From NCBI GenBank assembly GCA_938040315.1, contig CALHQW010000025.1, positions 7,929 through 71,928 on the forward strand: 64,000 nucleotides of DNA, in the 5' to 3' direction. A program made the position numbers and the translations under genes. Below, one piece after another: positions 18,920 through 30,610 of the stretch (within the stretch, counting starts at the first letter, position 1; each line of letters starts with the position of its first letter). The notes beneath the pieces are model-generated. The model was not told where the DNA came from and did no database searches. It saw only the letters and a program-made list of their open reading frames with translations. The stretch is from an uncultured bacterium. GTDB lineage: Bacteria; Hydrothermota; Tepidihabitantia; Tepidihabitantales; DTDR01.

Positions 18920-21061
18920 ATGATTTTTCTACTTTTATTTCTTCTAAGTAAGAATTTCTTAGAAGTTAATAAAATAGATAGAGTTTTTATTGATGGAATA
19001 GAAGAAGAAGTTTGGCAATTAGCAGATTCCCTAATTATTAATAAACAATTTTCTCCTTATTATGATTCTCTTGCAAGTTATCAAACAGTTGTAAAGGTTT
19101 TACAAGATAGAAATAATTTGTATTTTCTTATTAAAACTAATTTCCAAAAGGATAGACCAAATACTTCTTTAAGTGGTGATTTAGATCGTTATTATATTTA
19201 TCTTGATCCAACCCTTTCTAAATTGAATGCTTATTGTTTCTCAATTAATGGAGTTAATAAGCGAACCACAAGATTAATATTAGATGATGGAAGAAGAGAA
19301 GAAATCTGGGAAGGGGTATTTGAAAGCAAGGCAAAAATTCATAAAGATATCAATAATAATTATATATTGGTTTGTGAACTTAAAATCCCCTTTAAAAATT
19401 TTCGCTATAAAAAAGATATAAATGAATGGGGGTTTCAAATAAAAGTATATTATCAAAAGAAAAAAGAGACTTGCTTTTTTCTTTTGCCTGAACAAATAGA
19501 AGGTATGAGGGTATCAAAATTTGCTACTTTAAGAAAGGTTTTTCCCCATTCCGAAGGAGTTGGTATGGAAATCTATCCGGTTGGAGTTTTAAAGAATGAG
19601 TATTATATTCCTCGTGATAAAGAGAGATTAGGAAAAATTTTGCCCTGGGCTGGTTTAGATATTGCTTATAAAAAAGAAGATAAACAGATAAATTTAACCT
19701 TTTTACCCGATTTTGCGGAAATTGAATCTGATCCCTTCACAATGACTTTAGGAAAATATGAAATTTTTTATCCAGAAAGAAGACATTTTTTCATTGAAGG
19801 TAAAAATTATTTTGAACCAGCAACAATGGAGATGGAGTTATATACACCGATTAATGTTTTTTATTCAAGAAGGATTGGCAGAAAAATGCGTGATTTTTTT
19901 GATGGAAGAATAATTTATTCATCGGAAGTACCAATATTGAGTGGTTTGAAATTTATTGGAAAAATAAAAAGATATGAGATTGGCTTCTTGAATTCTTTAA
20001 CCGGCAAAGAGGCTACTTCATTAGATACTGCTTTTTATACCAATTGGAATGTTTTCAGAATAAAAAGATATTTCTTTACCAATTCAGAGATTGGTTTTCT
20101 TTTCACCAATAAATATGATATAGAAAAAAGAGGATATTTCTCTAATTTTGATAATGATGGTGCTTTAAGATTTGGCAAAAATCAATTTTTATGGCAGATA
20201 GTTGGTAATAAAAATAGAAATGAAAATTTAGGATATGCTATCCAAAATGGTGGAATTTACTATTTAACAAAAAATCTCGTTACTTTTTATAGTATGCGAT
20301 ATGTAAATAAAAATTTTAATATTGATTCAACCGGCTATGCTAATCTCTCTCCTGGTGACAAAAATGGAAGTTTAGGAATGAGTTTTGTTGGGTTTCCTCA
20401 AAGTAGAAAAATTAGTGAATATAGTTTTACCACTTCTTGCTGGATAGGAAAAGAGATTAGTGATATTGATTGGTCAAGCACCAGTGGAATAGCATTTAAT
20501 ATTAACTTTGCACAACCACTTCTTTCTTATTATAACTATTTTGCCTATGGGAAATGTTTTAAAGGCACAGTTAAATATCATTATATTGGAATAAATAATA
20601 ATCTATCCTTTTGGATTGGACAGGTAAATTTTTGGTTAGGGAGTTGGATCGGAAGGTCTTATAATTATTTAAGAAATTTTGTTTCTTGGCAAGCATACTC
20701 TTGGTTTAATTTTCAATTACCTTTTTTAAATAGGTTTTATTTAGATCTAATTATTAATAGTTGGTCAGAGTTTGATACCTTAAATAAATTTTTATCAACC
20801 ACTTTAAGTCCCACTTTTTATCTTGGATATAAATTTAGTCCTTATACAGAAATTGTATTTTATTCTAACCCTCCTTTAAGTTATCAACCTTCTCAATTTA
20901 ATATCTTTCAAACAAGAATTGCCTTGTATTATCATTGGGAAATAAAACCAAAATCGAAGATTTATTTTATAATAAATGAACTTTTTATAAAAAAGGATAA
21001 TAAATGGCAGGAGAACGAAAGGATATTAGCCATTAAAATAAAATATTTTTACTGGTTTTAA
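18920..21061 (+). CDS. DUF5916-like outer-membrane protein with CBM9-like N-terminal domain
   Basis: IDG..EEVW, PDFAEIESD, ERRHFFIEG, FYSRRIG; C-terminal aromatic beta-signal KYFYWF. Confidence 0.75.
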   Translation: MIFLLLFLLSKNFLEVNKIDRVFIDGIEEEVWQLADSLIINKQFSPYYDSLASYQTVVKVLQDRNNLYFLIKTNFQKDRPNTSLSGDLDRYYIYLDPTLSKLNAYCFSINGVNKRTTRLILDDGRREEIWEGVFESKAKIHKDINNNYILVCELKIPFKNFRYKKDINEWGFQIKVYYQKKKETCFFLLPEQIEGMRVSKFATLRKVFPHSEGVGMEIYPVGVLKNEYYIPRDKERLGKILPWAGLDIAYKKEDKQINLTFLPDFAEIESDPFTMTLGKYEIFYPERRHFFIEGKNYFEPATMEMELYTPINVFYSRRIGRKMRDFFDGRIIYSSEVPILSGLKFIGKIKRYEIGFLNSLTGKEATSLDTAFYTNWNVFRIKRYFFTNSEIGFLFTNKYDIEKRGYFSNFDNDGALRFGKNQFLWQIVGNKNRNENLGYAIQNGGIYYLTKNLVTFYSMRYVNKNFNIDSTGYANLSPGDKNGSLGMSFVGFPQSRKISEYSFTTSCWIGKEISDIDWSSTSGIAFNINFAQPLLSYYNYFAYGKCFKGTVKYHYIGINNNLSFWIGQVNFWLGSWIGRSYNYLRNFVSWQAYSWFNFQLPFLNRFYLDLIINSWSEFDTLNKFLSTTLSPTFYLGYKFSPYTEIVFYSNPPLSYQPSQFNIFQTRIALYYHWEIKPKSKIYFIINELFIKKDNKWQENERILAIKIKYFYWF

Positions 21062-21090
21062 TTGACTTTTAAACAATTTTAGGTTAAAAT
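21062..21090 (+). promoter_or_regulatory. sigma-70 promoter of clpC
   Basis: TTGACT-N17-TAAAAT, 5 nt before ATG. Confidence 0.65.
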
Positions 21091-21095
21091 AAAGT

Positions 21096-23528
21096 ATGCA
21101 GGATAGATTTACCAATCGTTTAAGAAAGGTTATTAATATTGCCCGCCAAGAAGCAATCAGAATGCATCATGATTATATCGGTTCTGAACATTTACTTTTA
21201 GGTATTGTAAAAGAGGGCGAAGGAGTTGCCGCATTAGTTTTATCCAATTTAGGGATTGAAAAGGATGAATTGATTTCGGCAATTGAGAATGCAATAAGTT
21301 ATGGTAAAACACCTATAATTCTTGGAGAAATTCCTTTAAATCAGGAGGCAAGGAGGATTTTAAATTATGCGATGGAAGAGGCAAGGAGGATGAATCATTC
21401 TTATATTGGTACCGAGCATCTTTTATTAGGAATATTAAGAGAAGAACAATCGGTAGCCGCTCAAGTTTTATTTTCCTTAGGAATTGATATTGATATTGTT
21501 CGTAGCGAAATAATGAAAGTTTTAGAAGGCGAGGCAGTTGGTCAATCTATTCCGAGAGGTAAATCTAAAACACCCGCCTTAGATTATTTTTCAAGAGATT
21601 TAACCCAATTGGCAAGAGAAGATAAACTTGACCCAATTATTGGTAGAGAGAAAGAGATTGAGCGGGTTATCCAAATACTGGTGAGAAGAAAAAAGAATAA
21701 TCCGGTTTTGATTGGTGAAGCGGGTGTTGGTAAAACCGCAATTGTTGAAGGACTTGCCCAGAGAATTGTTGAAGGAAGAGTTCCTTCTTTATTAAAAAAT
21801 AAAAGAGTTTTGGCATTAGATTTACCAGCGCTGATTGCGGGCACAAAATATCGGGGACAATTTGAAGAGAGAATGAAGACAGTGCTTAATGAGATAACCA
21901 AATCCGGCGATGTTATTCTTTTTATTGATGAGTTACACACAATTGTTGGTGCTGGTGCAGCCGAAGGAGCGATTGATGCTTCTAATATATTAAAACCAGC
22001 ATTAGCCAGAGGAGAAATTCAATGTATTGGTGCCACTACTTTTGAAGAATATCGAAAGTATATTGAGAAACATTCAGCATTGGAAAGAAGATTCCAACCG
22101 ATCATTGTTGAGCCACCTTCTGTTGCCGAAACGATAAAAATTTTACAAGGTTTAAAAGAAAAATACGAATTACATCACGGTGTGATTTATACTGATGAAG
22201 CCTTAGAGGCTTGTGCTTATCTTGCAGATCGATATATTACTGACCGCTATTTGCCCGATAAGGCAATTGATGTGATGGATGAAGCAGGTGCCCGAGTAAA
22301 ATTGTTAAGACCTGTCTTCAATCCAGAGATTGAAGAATTGGAAAGAAGAATTGAAAGAGTAAAAAAATTAAAAGAAGAAGCAGTGAAGAAGCAGGAATTT
22401 GAAAAAGCAGCAGAAATTAGGGATGAACAGCGAAGATTAACAGAAATTTTAAAGAAAAAGAGAAAGGAAATTGAAAAGAAGGGCGGTTTTCCAGTGGTTG
22501 TTCCCGAGGATATTGCCCAGGTTGTTTCTATGTGGTCAGGAATTCCTTTACAAAGAATTGAAGAGAGTGAGCAACAGCGCCTTTTAAAAATGGAGGAGGA
22601 GTTAAAGAAGAGGATTGTTGGTCAAGATCATGCAATTGAAGCAGTAGCTCAGGCAACAAGAAGAAGTCGGGCAGGAATAAAAGATCCAAGAAGACCAATT
22701 GGTTCCTTTATCTTCTTAGGTCCAACAGGTGTTGGTAAAACTGAATTGGCAAGGGTTTTGGCCAAGTTTCTTTTTGGGCATGAAGATGCTTTGGTGAGGC
22801 TTGATATGTCAGAATATATGGAAAAATTTAATGTTTCCCGATTAATTGGTGCACCACCTGGTTATGTTGGTTATGAAGAAGGAGGCCAATTAACTGAAAA
22901 AGTAAGAAGAAAACCTTATTCAGTGGTTTTATTTGATGAGATTGAAAAAGCCCATCCTGATGTTTTTAATATTTTATTACAAATTTTGGAAGATGGCCAA
23001 TTAACTGATGCTTTTGGTCGCAGAGTTAATTTTAGAAACTGTGTAATTATTATGACCTCTAACATTGGTACAGCAGAAATAAGAAAATCAAGTGGTTTTG
23101 GTTTTGCTTCCGGTAGTCCAGAAGAGAGTTATGAAAAGATGAAAGAGAGAATTTTGATGGAAGTGAAAAAAGTTTTTCGACCAGAATTTATTAACCGGGT
23201 AGATGAAATTATTGTGTTTAGACCATTAGGAAAAGAAGAGATGGAAAAGATTGTCGATATTCAGATTAACGATATTAATGAAAGGTTAAAAGAAAAGGGT
23301 TTAAGATTAGTTTTATCACCGGAAGCAAAAGAGGTTCTTGTAGAGCAGGGTTTTGATCCAGAATATGGTGCTCGACCATTAAAGCGGGCAATAAGAAGAT
23401 TGATTGAAGACCCCTTAGCCGAAGAGATTCTAAGAGGAAAATTTAAAGAAAGTTCCATTGTCTATATTGAAAGGGAAGGAAACGAATTGCGTTTTGTGGC
23501 CAAAAAACCAGAAGAATTAAAAGTTTAA
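21096..23528 (+). CDS. clpC: ATP-dependent Clp protease ATP-binding subunit ClpC
   Basis: Clp-N repeats, GEAGVGKT and GPTGVGKT Walker A motifs, UVR domain, GFGF ClpP-binding loop. Confidence 0.97.
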   Translation: MQDRFTNRLRKVINIARQEAIRMHHDYIGSEHLLLGIVKEGEGVAALVLSNLGIEKDELISAIENAISYGKTPIILGEIPLNQEARRILNYAMEEARRMNHSYIGTEHLLLGILREEQSVAAQVLFSLGIDIDIVRSEIMKVLEGEAVGQSIPRGKSKTPALDYFSRDLTQLAREDKLDPIIGREKEIERVIQILVRRKKNNPVLIGEAGVGKTAIVEGLAQRIVEGRVPSLLKNKRVLALDLPALIAGTKYRGQFEERMKTVLNEITKSGDVILFIDELHTIVGAGAAEGAIDASNILKPALARGEIQCIGATTFEEYRKYIEKHSALERRFQPIIVEPPSVAETIKILQGLKEKYELHHGVIYTDEALEACAYLADRYITDRYLPDKAIDVMDEAGARVKLLRPVFNPEIEELERRIERVKKLKEEAVKKQEFEKAAEIRDEQRRLTEILKKKRKEIEKKGGFPVVVPEDIAQVVSMWSGIPLQRIEESEQQRLLKMEEELKKRIVGQDHAIEAVAQATRRSRAGIKDPRRPIGSFIFLGPTGVGKTELARVLAKFLFGHEDALVRLDMSEYMEKFNVSRLIGAPPGYVGYEEGGQLTEKVRRKPYSVVLFDEIEKAHPDVFNILLQILEDGQLTDAFGRRVNFRNCVIIMTSNIGTAEIRKSSGFGFASGSPEESYEKMKERILMEVKKVFRPEFINRVDEIIVFRPLGKEEMEKIVDIQINDINERLKEKGLRLVLSPEAKEVLVEQGFDPEYGARPLKRAIRRLIEDPLAEEILRGKFKESSIVYIEREGNELRFVAKKPEELKV

Positions 23529-23537
23529 ACAAAATCG

Positions 23538-25739
23538 GTGTTTAAAAAATCTTTATTTTTCTTTCTTTTCTCTTTTCTTTTTTCACAAGTAATTTATCAA
23601 GTCCGCGCAAAAACTGAATTTGTTGATACCTTAACCATTCTCAATTTATGTGGAATAAAACCAAAGGAAAATTTCTCTTCGGAAAAAGTGGCCCAAGCAA
23701 TTAAAAAGATTTACAAAAGTGGTCTTTTTAGTGAAATTAAAGTGGAAACAACAATTACTAATAAAGGGATAATTTTAATTTTCAATACCAAAGATAATCC
23801 TTTGTTAAGAGATATTCTTTTTTCAGGCAATCAAAAAGTTAAAACTAAAGAGTTAAAAGAAAAAATTAAATATAAAAAGGGCGAAGTAATTAGTGAATAT
23901 AAAATATTTAATTATCGAAAGGAAATCCTTAATCTTTATAAAGAAAAAGGGTTTGTGGCACCAAAAGTTTTTTATACTAAATCGGAGAGAGATTCTCAAA
24001 ATATGATAACCATTACTTTCCATATTGAAGAAGGTAAAAAATACAAAATAAAAAAGATAAATCTGATTGGTGTTAGAAATTTAAAAGAAAATAAGATAAA
24101 AAGGAAATTGGTTAATAAAGAAAAGAGATGGTATCGGAAAGGAATTTTTAAAGATGAGGAGTTTAAAAAGGATTTGACAAGAATAATTGATTATTATAAA
24201 GAGAATGGTTTTTTACAAGCCAAGATTGTTAATTATGAATTAAAAAGCGAAGGCGATTGGCTCGAAATTAATATTCATTTAGAAGAAGGAAAAAGGTTTT
24301 ATGTAGGAAAGATTAATTTTAGTGGCAATAATTTCTTTAGCGTGGAGAATTTAAGAAAAACAATAAAATTGAAAGAAGGCGATTATTATAATGTAAAAAA
24401 GATGAATTTAAGTTTGCAGGAATTATATAATCTTTATCAAGAAGAAGGTTTTTTATATTGTCAGATTAATCCGATTGAAGAGATTAGAAATGATACAGTT
24501 GATGTTAATTATGAGATAAAAGAAGGAAAATTAGTTAAAATCCGATTGGTTAATATTGAAGGTAACGAACGGACAAAAGACAAAGTTATCAGAAGAGAGA
24601 TTGTTACTTTACCCGGTGATTTGTTTAAGAAATCGTTATTAATAAGAAGCCAAAGAAATATTTTCAACTTGGGATTTTTTGAAGATGTGAGTGTGGATTT
24701 TACACCAGTAGATAGTGAAAATATTGATTTAAATTATAAAGTGAAAGAGAAAGTGACCTTTGGGCAAGTAAGTGCTAGTATTTCTTATTCTCAGAAAGAA
24801 AAGATTGTTGGTGGTTTTGAAATCTCTCAGCCCAATCTTTTTGGTAATGGTCAAAAGATTTATTTAAAATTAGAAAAGGGTGGCGCAATTACTAATTTTC
24901 AAATAGGTTTTGAAGAGCCCTACCTCTTTGATATTCCTTTTTCTTCTGGTTTCAATTTGTTATACTATTCCTATTCTTATGATTATTATGATAAACTTGA
25001 TCGAAATCTTTCTTTTAATTTTTCCTTCCCAATATTTTTGGATTATACAAAAATTTATTGGGGATTGAAATTGGGGAGTAGTTATATTCCACCAAAAAGT
25101 ATTAAAGATACGAAAGTGCCAAAAGAAATTTATCGGGATACAATAAAAAAAGTTTATCTTTTGCCCAATTTTTCTATTGTAAGGGATGCACGGGATTATA
25201 TTTTTAATCCGAGTGCTGGTTCTTATTATTTATATTCTTTGGATATTTCAACTTTAAAGATTAATTTTTTAAGGCAAGTATTTGATGTGCGCATTTATTT
25301 TCCATTGTTTTGGAAGTTTTCCTTAATGGCAAGAACAAGGATTGGTTATCTTACTGAATTAAGAAAAAATGATACGGTGCCGTTATATGAAAGATTTTAT
25401 TTAGGCGGAGTTGGTGAGGAAGGTATTCGGGGTTATCCCGACCGTTCAATTTCACCAATAAAAGAGGGTTATTTAGTAGGTGGTAAGGCAATGACCATTT
25501 TTAATTTGGAATATAAGTTGAAATTAGCCTATTACCTTTCTTTTATTGCTTTCTTTGATTGCGGAAATTGTTTTGAAGATTTAAATAAGATAAATTTTGG
25601 AACCTTTAAAAGAGGAATTGGTGTTGGTGTGCGAGTAGAAGTACCAATGTTAGGATTGATTGGTTTTGATTTAGGATACGGATTTGACCGTGAAGGAAAT
25701 AAATTAGAACCCCATTTCCAATTTGGCAAAACTTTCTAA
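23538..25739 (+). CDS. bamA: outer membrane protein assembly factor BamA
   Basis: POTRA repeats, GNERTKDKVIRRE, IRGY loop, C-terminal FQFGKTF. Confidence 0.95.
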   Translation: MFKKSLFFFLFSFLFSQVIYQVRAKTEFVDTLTILNLCGIKPKENFSSEKVAQAIKKIYKSGLFSEIKVETTITNKGIILIFNTKDNPLLRDILFSGNQKVKTKELKEKIKYKKGEVISEYKIFNYRKEILNLYKEKGFVAPKVFYTKSERDSQNMITITFHIEEGKKYKIKKINLIGVRNLKENKIKRKLVNKEKRWYRKGIFKDEEFKKDLTRIIDYYKENGFLQAKIVNYELKSEGDWLEINIHLEEGKRFYVGKINFSGNNFFSVENLRKTIKLKEGDYYNVKKMNLSLQELYNLYQEEGFLYCQINPIEEIRNDTVDVNYEIKEGKLVKIRLVNIEGNERTKDKVIRREIVTLPGDLFKKSLLIRSQRNIFNLGFFEDVSVDFTPVDSENIDLNYKVKEKVTFGQVSASISYSQKEKIVGGFEISQPNLFGNGQKIYLKLEKGGAITNFQIGFEEPYLFDIPFSSGFNLLYYSYSYDYYDKLDRNLSFNFSFPIFLDYTKIYWGLKLGSSYIPPKSIKDTKVPKEIYRDTIKKVYLLPNFSIVRDARDYIFNPSAGSYYLYSLDISTLKINFLRQVFDVRIYFPLFWKFSLMARTRIGYLTELRKNDTVPLYERFYLGGVGEEGIRGYPDRSISPIKEGYLVGGKAMTIFNLEYKLKLAYYLSFIAFFDCGNCFEDLNKINFGTFKRGIGVGVRVEVPMLGLIGFDLGYGFDREGNKLEPHFQFGKTF

Positions 25740-26359
25740 ATTATTTTTATTCTCCATTTTTTACGAATTATCGGCAGGCAATTATTATAATATTTTTTTA
25801 AAAATTCTATTGTTTTCTTATCGCCCGGATAACCCGAACCGAAATCACCGTATTTCTTTTTTAAATTTTTTATAATTCTCTCTCTTTCTACTTTGGCAAT
25901 TATTGAGGCAGCGCTCACTACCGCATATTTTTTATCCGCCTTATTTTCTCCAATAATTTTACCAAAGAAGTTCTTTTCTTTTAATAAATTTTTTAAATCT
26001 TGGCAATATTTTTTTATTCCCTTTTGATTTACTGGACAATCAAAATATAAAATAGTTGGTCTTAATTTCTCAATAATTTTTGCCATATTTTTAAGTTCTA
26101 AAAAATTAAGATTATATTTATCAATAATTTTTGGTGGTATTCTCTTTATAATTATTCTCTTAGCAATCTCTTTTATTTTTTTTGCTAATTTCTCTCTTTT
26201 ATTAGGTTTAAGTAGTTTTGAGTCCTTTACTCCAATTTCTTTTAATTTTAGAATATCTTTTTCTTCTATTAATACTCCACAAAGGACCATTGGTCCAATT
26301 ATACATCCTCTACCGGCTTCATCAATACCTAAAATATAATTTTCTTTATTCAACTTCAA
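25736..26359 (-). CDS. rnhB: ribonuclease HII (archaeal-like)
   Basis: GIDEAGRG, DSK, SAASIIAKV, GDFGSGYP. Confidence 0.93.
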   Translation of the reverse strand: MKLNKENYILGIDEAGRGCIIGPMVLCGVLIEEKDILKLKEIGVKDSKLLKPNKREKLAKKIKEIAKRIIIKRIPPKIIDKYNLNFLELKNMAKIIEKLRPTILYFDCPVNQKGIKKYCQDLKNLLKEKNFFGKIIGENKADKKYAVVSAASIIAKVERERIIKNLKKKYGDFGSGYPGDKKTIEFLKKYYNNCLPIIRKKWRIKII

Positions 26360-27305
26360 AGGTTTTTAGAATTACCTCTAATTGAAGTAGATTGTTTAAT
26401 TTTTTTTCACCGGGATAAAATAAAGTGCCATCAATCAAATAAAATTTATCCTTATAATTAAAGGCGTAAGAGATAAAAGGACCACCAATAATATCTTTAT
26501 CATTCTGCCACACTCCCATAATTTTCAAAGATAATTGATTTAAAAAATAAGTGGTCTCATAATAAGTATACTCCCTTAAAATATAATCACCATTATAAAA
26601 TTTTATCGTTAAACTATCTCTTAAATCAGCAATCTTTTTGGGTATTAATTCTCTTTTTTTATTATCAAAATAGATAAAGATGGATCTATCCGGATAGTGG
26701 GTAAAAAGATAGATAAAATTCTCCTTTTTATACTCTTCTTTTAAGAAATATCTTTTAGGAACCTTAAAAGCGAAAGAGTAATTTTCTTTTAAATATTTTA
26801 TTTTTTCTTTGTCAATACCAATGGAATAAGTGTAGAGATGGATAAGATGATAAAGATGCTCTAAAAGAGAATAAAAGATACGCTTTTCATATCTTTTTAA
26901 ACCCTCTTTTAATAAATTTTTATCATTACTAACAAAAATAAATATCTGCTGATTTTTGCCGTATAACTCTTTTAGACGAAAGAAGCCAAAGGTATCTTTT
27001 TTAACAATTTCAATTTTATCGCCAATCAAATCAGAGATAAATTCATCAGATATTGTACCGATTAAAAAGAGAGTAGAGAAATCTTTTAATAAAGGAAAAC
27101 TTGCTAAATTTTTATATCTAATAGTAAAATAAGACTCGGGTTGAGGAGTATAAACTTTCTTTTCTAATATCTTAGAAATTATGTCTCTTATTTCATTTTC
27201 ATATTCGGTAAAAATAATTACTTCTCTTAATTTACCAATTGTCGGTGGTAAAGGAGAACAAGAAAATAAAAAAAGAATAAAAATTAATAATTTTATTATA
27301 TTCAT
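26346..27305 (-). CDS. DUF4837-like lipoprotein
   Basis: Lipobox LFSC, TPQPE, GGPFISY, C-terminal QLEVILKTF. Confidence 0.7.
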   Translation of the reverse strand: MNIIKLLIFILFLFSCSPLPPTIGKLREVIIFTEYENEIRDIISKILEKKVYTPQPESYFTIRYKNLASFPLLKDFSTLFLIGTISDEFISDLIGDKIEIVKKDTFGFFRLKELYGKNQQIFIFVSNDKNLLKEGLKRYEKRIFYSLLEHLYHLIHLYTYSIGIDKEKIKYLKENYSFAFKVPKRYFLKEEYKKENFIYLFTHYPDRSIFIYFDNKKRELIPKKIADLRDSLTIKFYNGDYILREYTYYETTYFLNQLSLKIMGVWQNDKDIIGGPFISYAFNYKDKFYLIDGTLFYPGEKKLNNLLQLEVILKTFEVE

Positions 27306-29164
27306 TATAATACAGTGACACTTTTTGCTAAATGTCTTGGTTTATCAACGTCACAACCCCGCAGGCAGGCGATGTGATAGGCAAAAAGTTGGAGAGGAAG
27401 GGCAACCAAAATCGGTGTTAAAAATTCAATTGTTTCTGGAAGATAAAAGACATCTTCGGAGATTTCTTTCAATCTTTTATCATTCTCATTACCGATAGCA
27501 ATAATTCTTCCACCTCTTGCTTTTGCTTCCATTATATTAGAAATCATTTTTTCGTAAGTGGAATCTTTTACACAGATAGAGATAACCGGTGTCTCTTCGT
27601 TGATAACTGAAATTGGTCCGTGTTTCATTTCACCGGCTGGATAACCAGCAGCGTGGATATAAGAAATTTCTTTTAACTTTAAGGCACCTTCTAAGGCGCT
27701 CGGATAATTTATTCCTCTGCCTAAAAAGACAAAATGGGGTGAATTATAATATTTTTTGGCTACCTTTTTAATTATCCCATCTAAAAGTAAGGCTTTTTTA
27801 ATCTTTTCCGGTATGAATTTTAACTCTTTTAAATAACTTTCTAATTTCTCTTTATTAATCTTTTCTCTTATTAAGGCGAAATATAATGCCAAAATAAATA
27901 GATTAAAAATTTGAGCGGTGTATGCCTTGGTAGAAGCCACACCAATCTCCGGACCAGCATTAATAAAAATAACACTATCCGCTTCTCTATCCATCGATGA
28001 CCTTTTCACATTTAAAATCGCCAAATTTTTTATCTTTCTCTCTTTTGCCTCTCGCAAAGCCATTAAAGTATCAGCAGTTTCGCCCGATTGAGAAATGGCA
28101 ATCATTAAGGTGTTGGTGTTAAATAAGAAAGGTCTTGATAAAAGTTCTGAGGCTATCTCAACAGTTGTTGGTATTTCACTTATTCTTTCAAAATAATCCC
28201 GACCAACTAAACCAGCATGATAAGAAGTTCCACATGCCTGAATTACGATATTGCTAATATTTTTTATATCCTCGGGATAAAGATGGAAACTTTCACCAAA
28301 AAGAATCTCTTTCTCATATATCCGTTTTTCTAAATTCTCTTTTAAAATTTTTGGTTGTTCAAAAATCTCTTTGCGCATAAAATGGCGAAATCTGCCTTTA
28401 CTTACTTCTTTTGCCTTTAAGTCAATTTTTATACTTTCCTTTTCAATTTTTTCACCTTCTTCATTATAAAAACTTACTCCCTCTTTTTTTAAAAAGCAGA
28501 TTTCACCATCATCTAGAATATAAACTTTTTTACAGATCCCAACTAATGCCAAAATATCAGAGGCAATCATGCCTTCATTTTTACCAATTCCACAAAGAAG
28601 GGGGCTTCCTTTTTTTATGCCAATAAGAAAATCAAATAAAGGAGAAATAAGACAGAGAGCAAAACTTCCTTTTAATTCCTTCAAGGTTTCTGATAAGGCT
28701 TTTAGAACATCTTTTTCGGTTAATTCTTTTTCTTTTATCTTTTCTTCTAAAAGATGGACAATTACTTCGGTATCAGTTTCGCTCTCGAATTTATGGCCAT
28801 TATTAATAAGTTTCTCTTTTAACTCCTGAAAGTTTTCTATTATACCATTATGGACAATTGCCCAAAGTTTTTGACAATCTAAAAAGGGGTGGGCATTTTC
28901 ATCGCTCACTTTACCATGAGTTGCCCAACGGGTATGACCGATCCCAATTAAAGTCTCTCCCTCTTTATAAGAAAATAATGGCTGAGAGTTTAAAAGTTCT
29001 TTTAATTTAAATAATCTTCCAGCAGTCTTTTTAATAAAAATTTTCCCTTGATAATTAACAGCAACGCCACAAGAATCATATCCTCGATATTCTAACCTTT
29101 CTAAGGCAACTAAAAGAACCGAAATAATATCCCGAAAACCAATATAACCAACAATTCCACACAT
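27305..29164 (-). CDS. glmS: glutamine--fructose-6-phosphate aminotransferase
   Basis: MCGIVG, GHTRWATHG, SQSGETAD, PRHLAKSVTV. Confidence 0.97.
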   Translation of the reverse strand: MCGIVGYIGFRDIISVLLVALERLEYRGYDSCGVAVNYQGKIFIKKTAGRLFKLKELLNSQPLFSYKEGETLIGIGHTRWATHGKVSDENAHPFLDCQKLWAIVHNGIIENFQELKEKLINNGHKFESETDTEVIVHLLEEKIKEKELTEKDVLKALSETLKELKGSFALCLISPLFDFLIGIKKGSPLLCGIGKNEGMIASDILALVGICKKVYILDDGEICFLKKEGVSFYNEEGEKIEKESIKIDLKAKEVSKGRFRHFMRKEIFEQPKILKENLEKRIYEKEILFGESFHLYPEDIKNISNIVIQACGTSYHAGLVGRDYFERISEIPTTVEIASELLSRPFLFNTNTLMIAISQSGETADTLMALREAKERKIKNLAILNVKRSSMDREADSVIFINAGPEIGVASTKAYTAQIFNLFILALYFALIREKINKEKLESYLKELKFIPEKIKKALLLDGIIKKVAKKYYNSPHFVFLGRGINYPSALEGALKLKEISYIHAAGYPAGEMKHGPISVINEETPVISICVKDSTYEKMISNIMEAKARGGRIIAIGNENDKRLKEISEDVFYLPETIEFLTPILVALPLQLFAYHIACLRGCDVDKPRHLAKSVTVL

Positions 29165-29167
29165 CTT

Positions 29168-30520
29168 TTATTCTAAAATCTCAAAAACTCTATTAACCAT
29201 CTTTTCATCATCCGCATTGATTATCAGCCTTAAAAAATTTTCGGTATTAGAAGGTCTTAAATGAAATAAGAAATTTCTTTTAAAAAAGAAAAAGCCATCT
29301 TCTTCATTGATAATATAAGGTTTTTTAAATAACTTAATAAAATTATTTTTTATTCTTTTTTTTATCTTTAAAAATTTTTTAATATCAAAAGCCATTTTCT
29401 CTTTAATAATTATGTAATCATTAAAATTCTTTTTCAATATTGATAAAGGTTTATTCTTTTCTTTGATTAATGATAAAATAGTATAAAAGGCAACAAAGCC
29501 ATCTCTTGTTAAATTGATATCTTTAATAATCACGCCGCCATTACCTTCACCACCAATCAAACTTTTTTTTATAAGCATTTGATAAACCACATTGCTTTCG
29601 CCAACTTTTGTTCGGTATAAAGGAACATTAAACTTTTCACAGACATCATTAACTAAAAGACTGGTAGAGAAATTACAGACAACCGGTGTTTTTTGCTTTT
29701 CTAAGAAATATAAGAGCACCAAGGGAAGAGTATATTCTTCACTCAAAATTTTGCCATCCTCACAAACAAAAGTAACTCGATCACCATCTGGATCAAAGCC
29801 AATCCCCAAATTTAAATTTTCTTTTCTAACAAGATTGGCTAATTTTTTAAGAGAATCCTTTTTTGGTTCCGGAGGTCTGGGAAAATCTTTTTTAATAGAT
29901 AACTTACAGAATAAAAACCTTGCCTTTAAGTTTAAAAAATCACAAAAATAATTAATTTCCGAACTAGTTGAACCATTAACACAGTCAATGCCAACTTTTA
30001 AATCTTTAAAAGAGAGATTTTTAAAGATTTTATATTTACTAATTTTTAAGAAATGTTTTTGATAAATAGATTTTTTATCTATCTTTTTAATTTGTGGTAA
30101 ATTCTCGCTTTTTAAATTTCTAATCTCAAGGAGATCATTGCGCCAGTTTTTAATTTTAGTAATTTCTCTTTCAAAAGGAAATCGACCATTTCTTAAAACA
30201 AACTTTAAGCCATTTTCATCAATAGGATTATGGGAAGCGGTGATAACTATTCCTGGTAATTTTAATATCCGAGAAGCAAAAACCAAAGTAGGCGTGGGGA
30301 TGATTTCTAAATCAATCACATTTTTATTTGCTTGCAAGATTCCTGACAAAACAGGTAGATAAAAAATCTGAGAACTTGGGCGGGTGTCATAACCAACCAA
30401 GATTTTCTCCTCTTTTTGATTTTTGGCAAAATGATAGGCAAATATAAAAAAATCATAAGGAAAAATATTTAAAAATATCTTTCCTCTTAATCCCGAAACA
30501 CTAAATTTATATTTATCCAT
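29168..30520 (-). CDS. phosphohexomutase (GlmM/PMM family)
   Basis: TASHNP, DPDGDR, GGEGNGG, RPSNTE; upstream of glmS. Confidence 0.9.
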   Translation of the reverse strand: MDKYKFSVSGLRGKIFLNIFPYDFFIFAYHFAKNQKEEKILVGYDTRPSSQIFYLPVLSGILQANKNVIDLEIIPTPTLVFASRILKLPGIVITASHNPIDENGLKFVLRNGRFPFEREITKIKNWRNDLLEIRNLKSENLPQIKKIDKKSIYQKHFLKISKYKIFKNLSFKDLKVGIDCVNGSTSSEINYFCDFLNLKARFLFCKLSIKKDFPRPPEPKKDSLKKLANLVRKENLNLGIGFDPDGDRVTFVCEDGKILSEEYTLPLVLLYFLEKQKTPVVCNFSTSLLVNDVCEKFNVPLYRTKVGESNVVYQMLIKKSLIGGEGNGGVIIKDINLTRDGFVAFYTILSLIKEKNKPLSILKKNFNDYIIIKEKMAFDIKKFLKIKKRIKNNFIKLFKKPYIINEEDGFFFFKRNFLFHLRPSNTENFLRLIINADDEKMVNRVFEILE

Positions 30521-30538
30521 TTGCTATTAGTATAATTT

Positions 30539-30597
30539 AGTATAAAACAAAATAAAATAATGTCAAATTTTGACTTTTATTAATAATTTGTTATAAT
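30539..30597. promoter_or_regulatory. back-to-back divergent sigma-70 promoters (mutase-glmS and gcv operons)
   Basis: Minus: TTGACA(30566)-N16-TATACT(30544). Plus: TTGACT(30570)-N16-TATAAT(30592). Confidence 0.7.
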
Positions 30598-30610
30598 TTA
30601 AAATTAAAAA

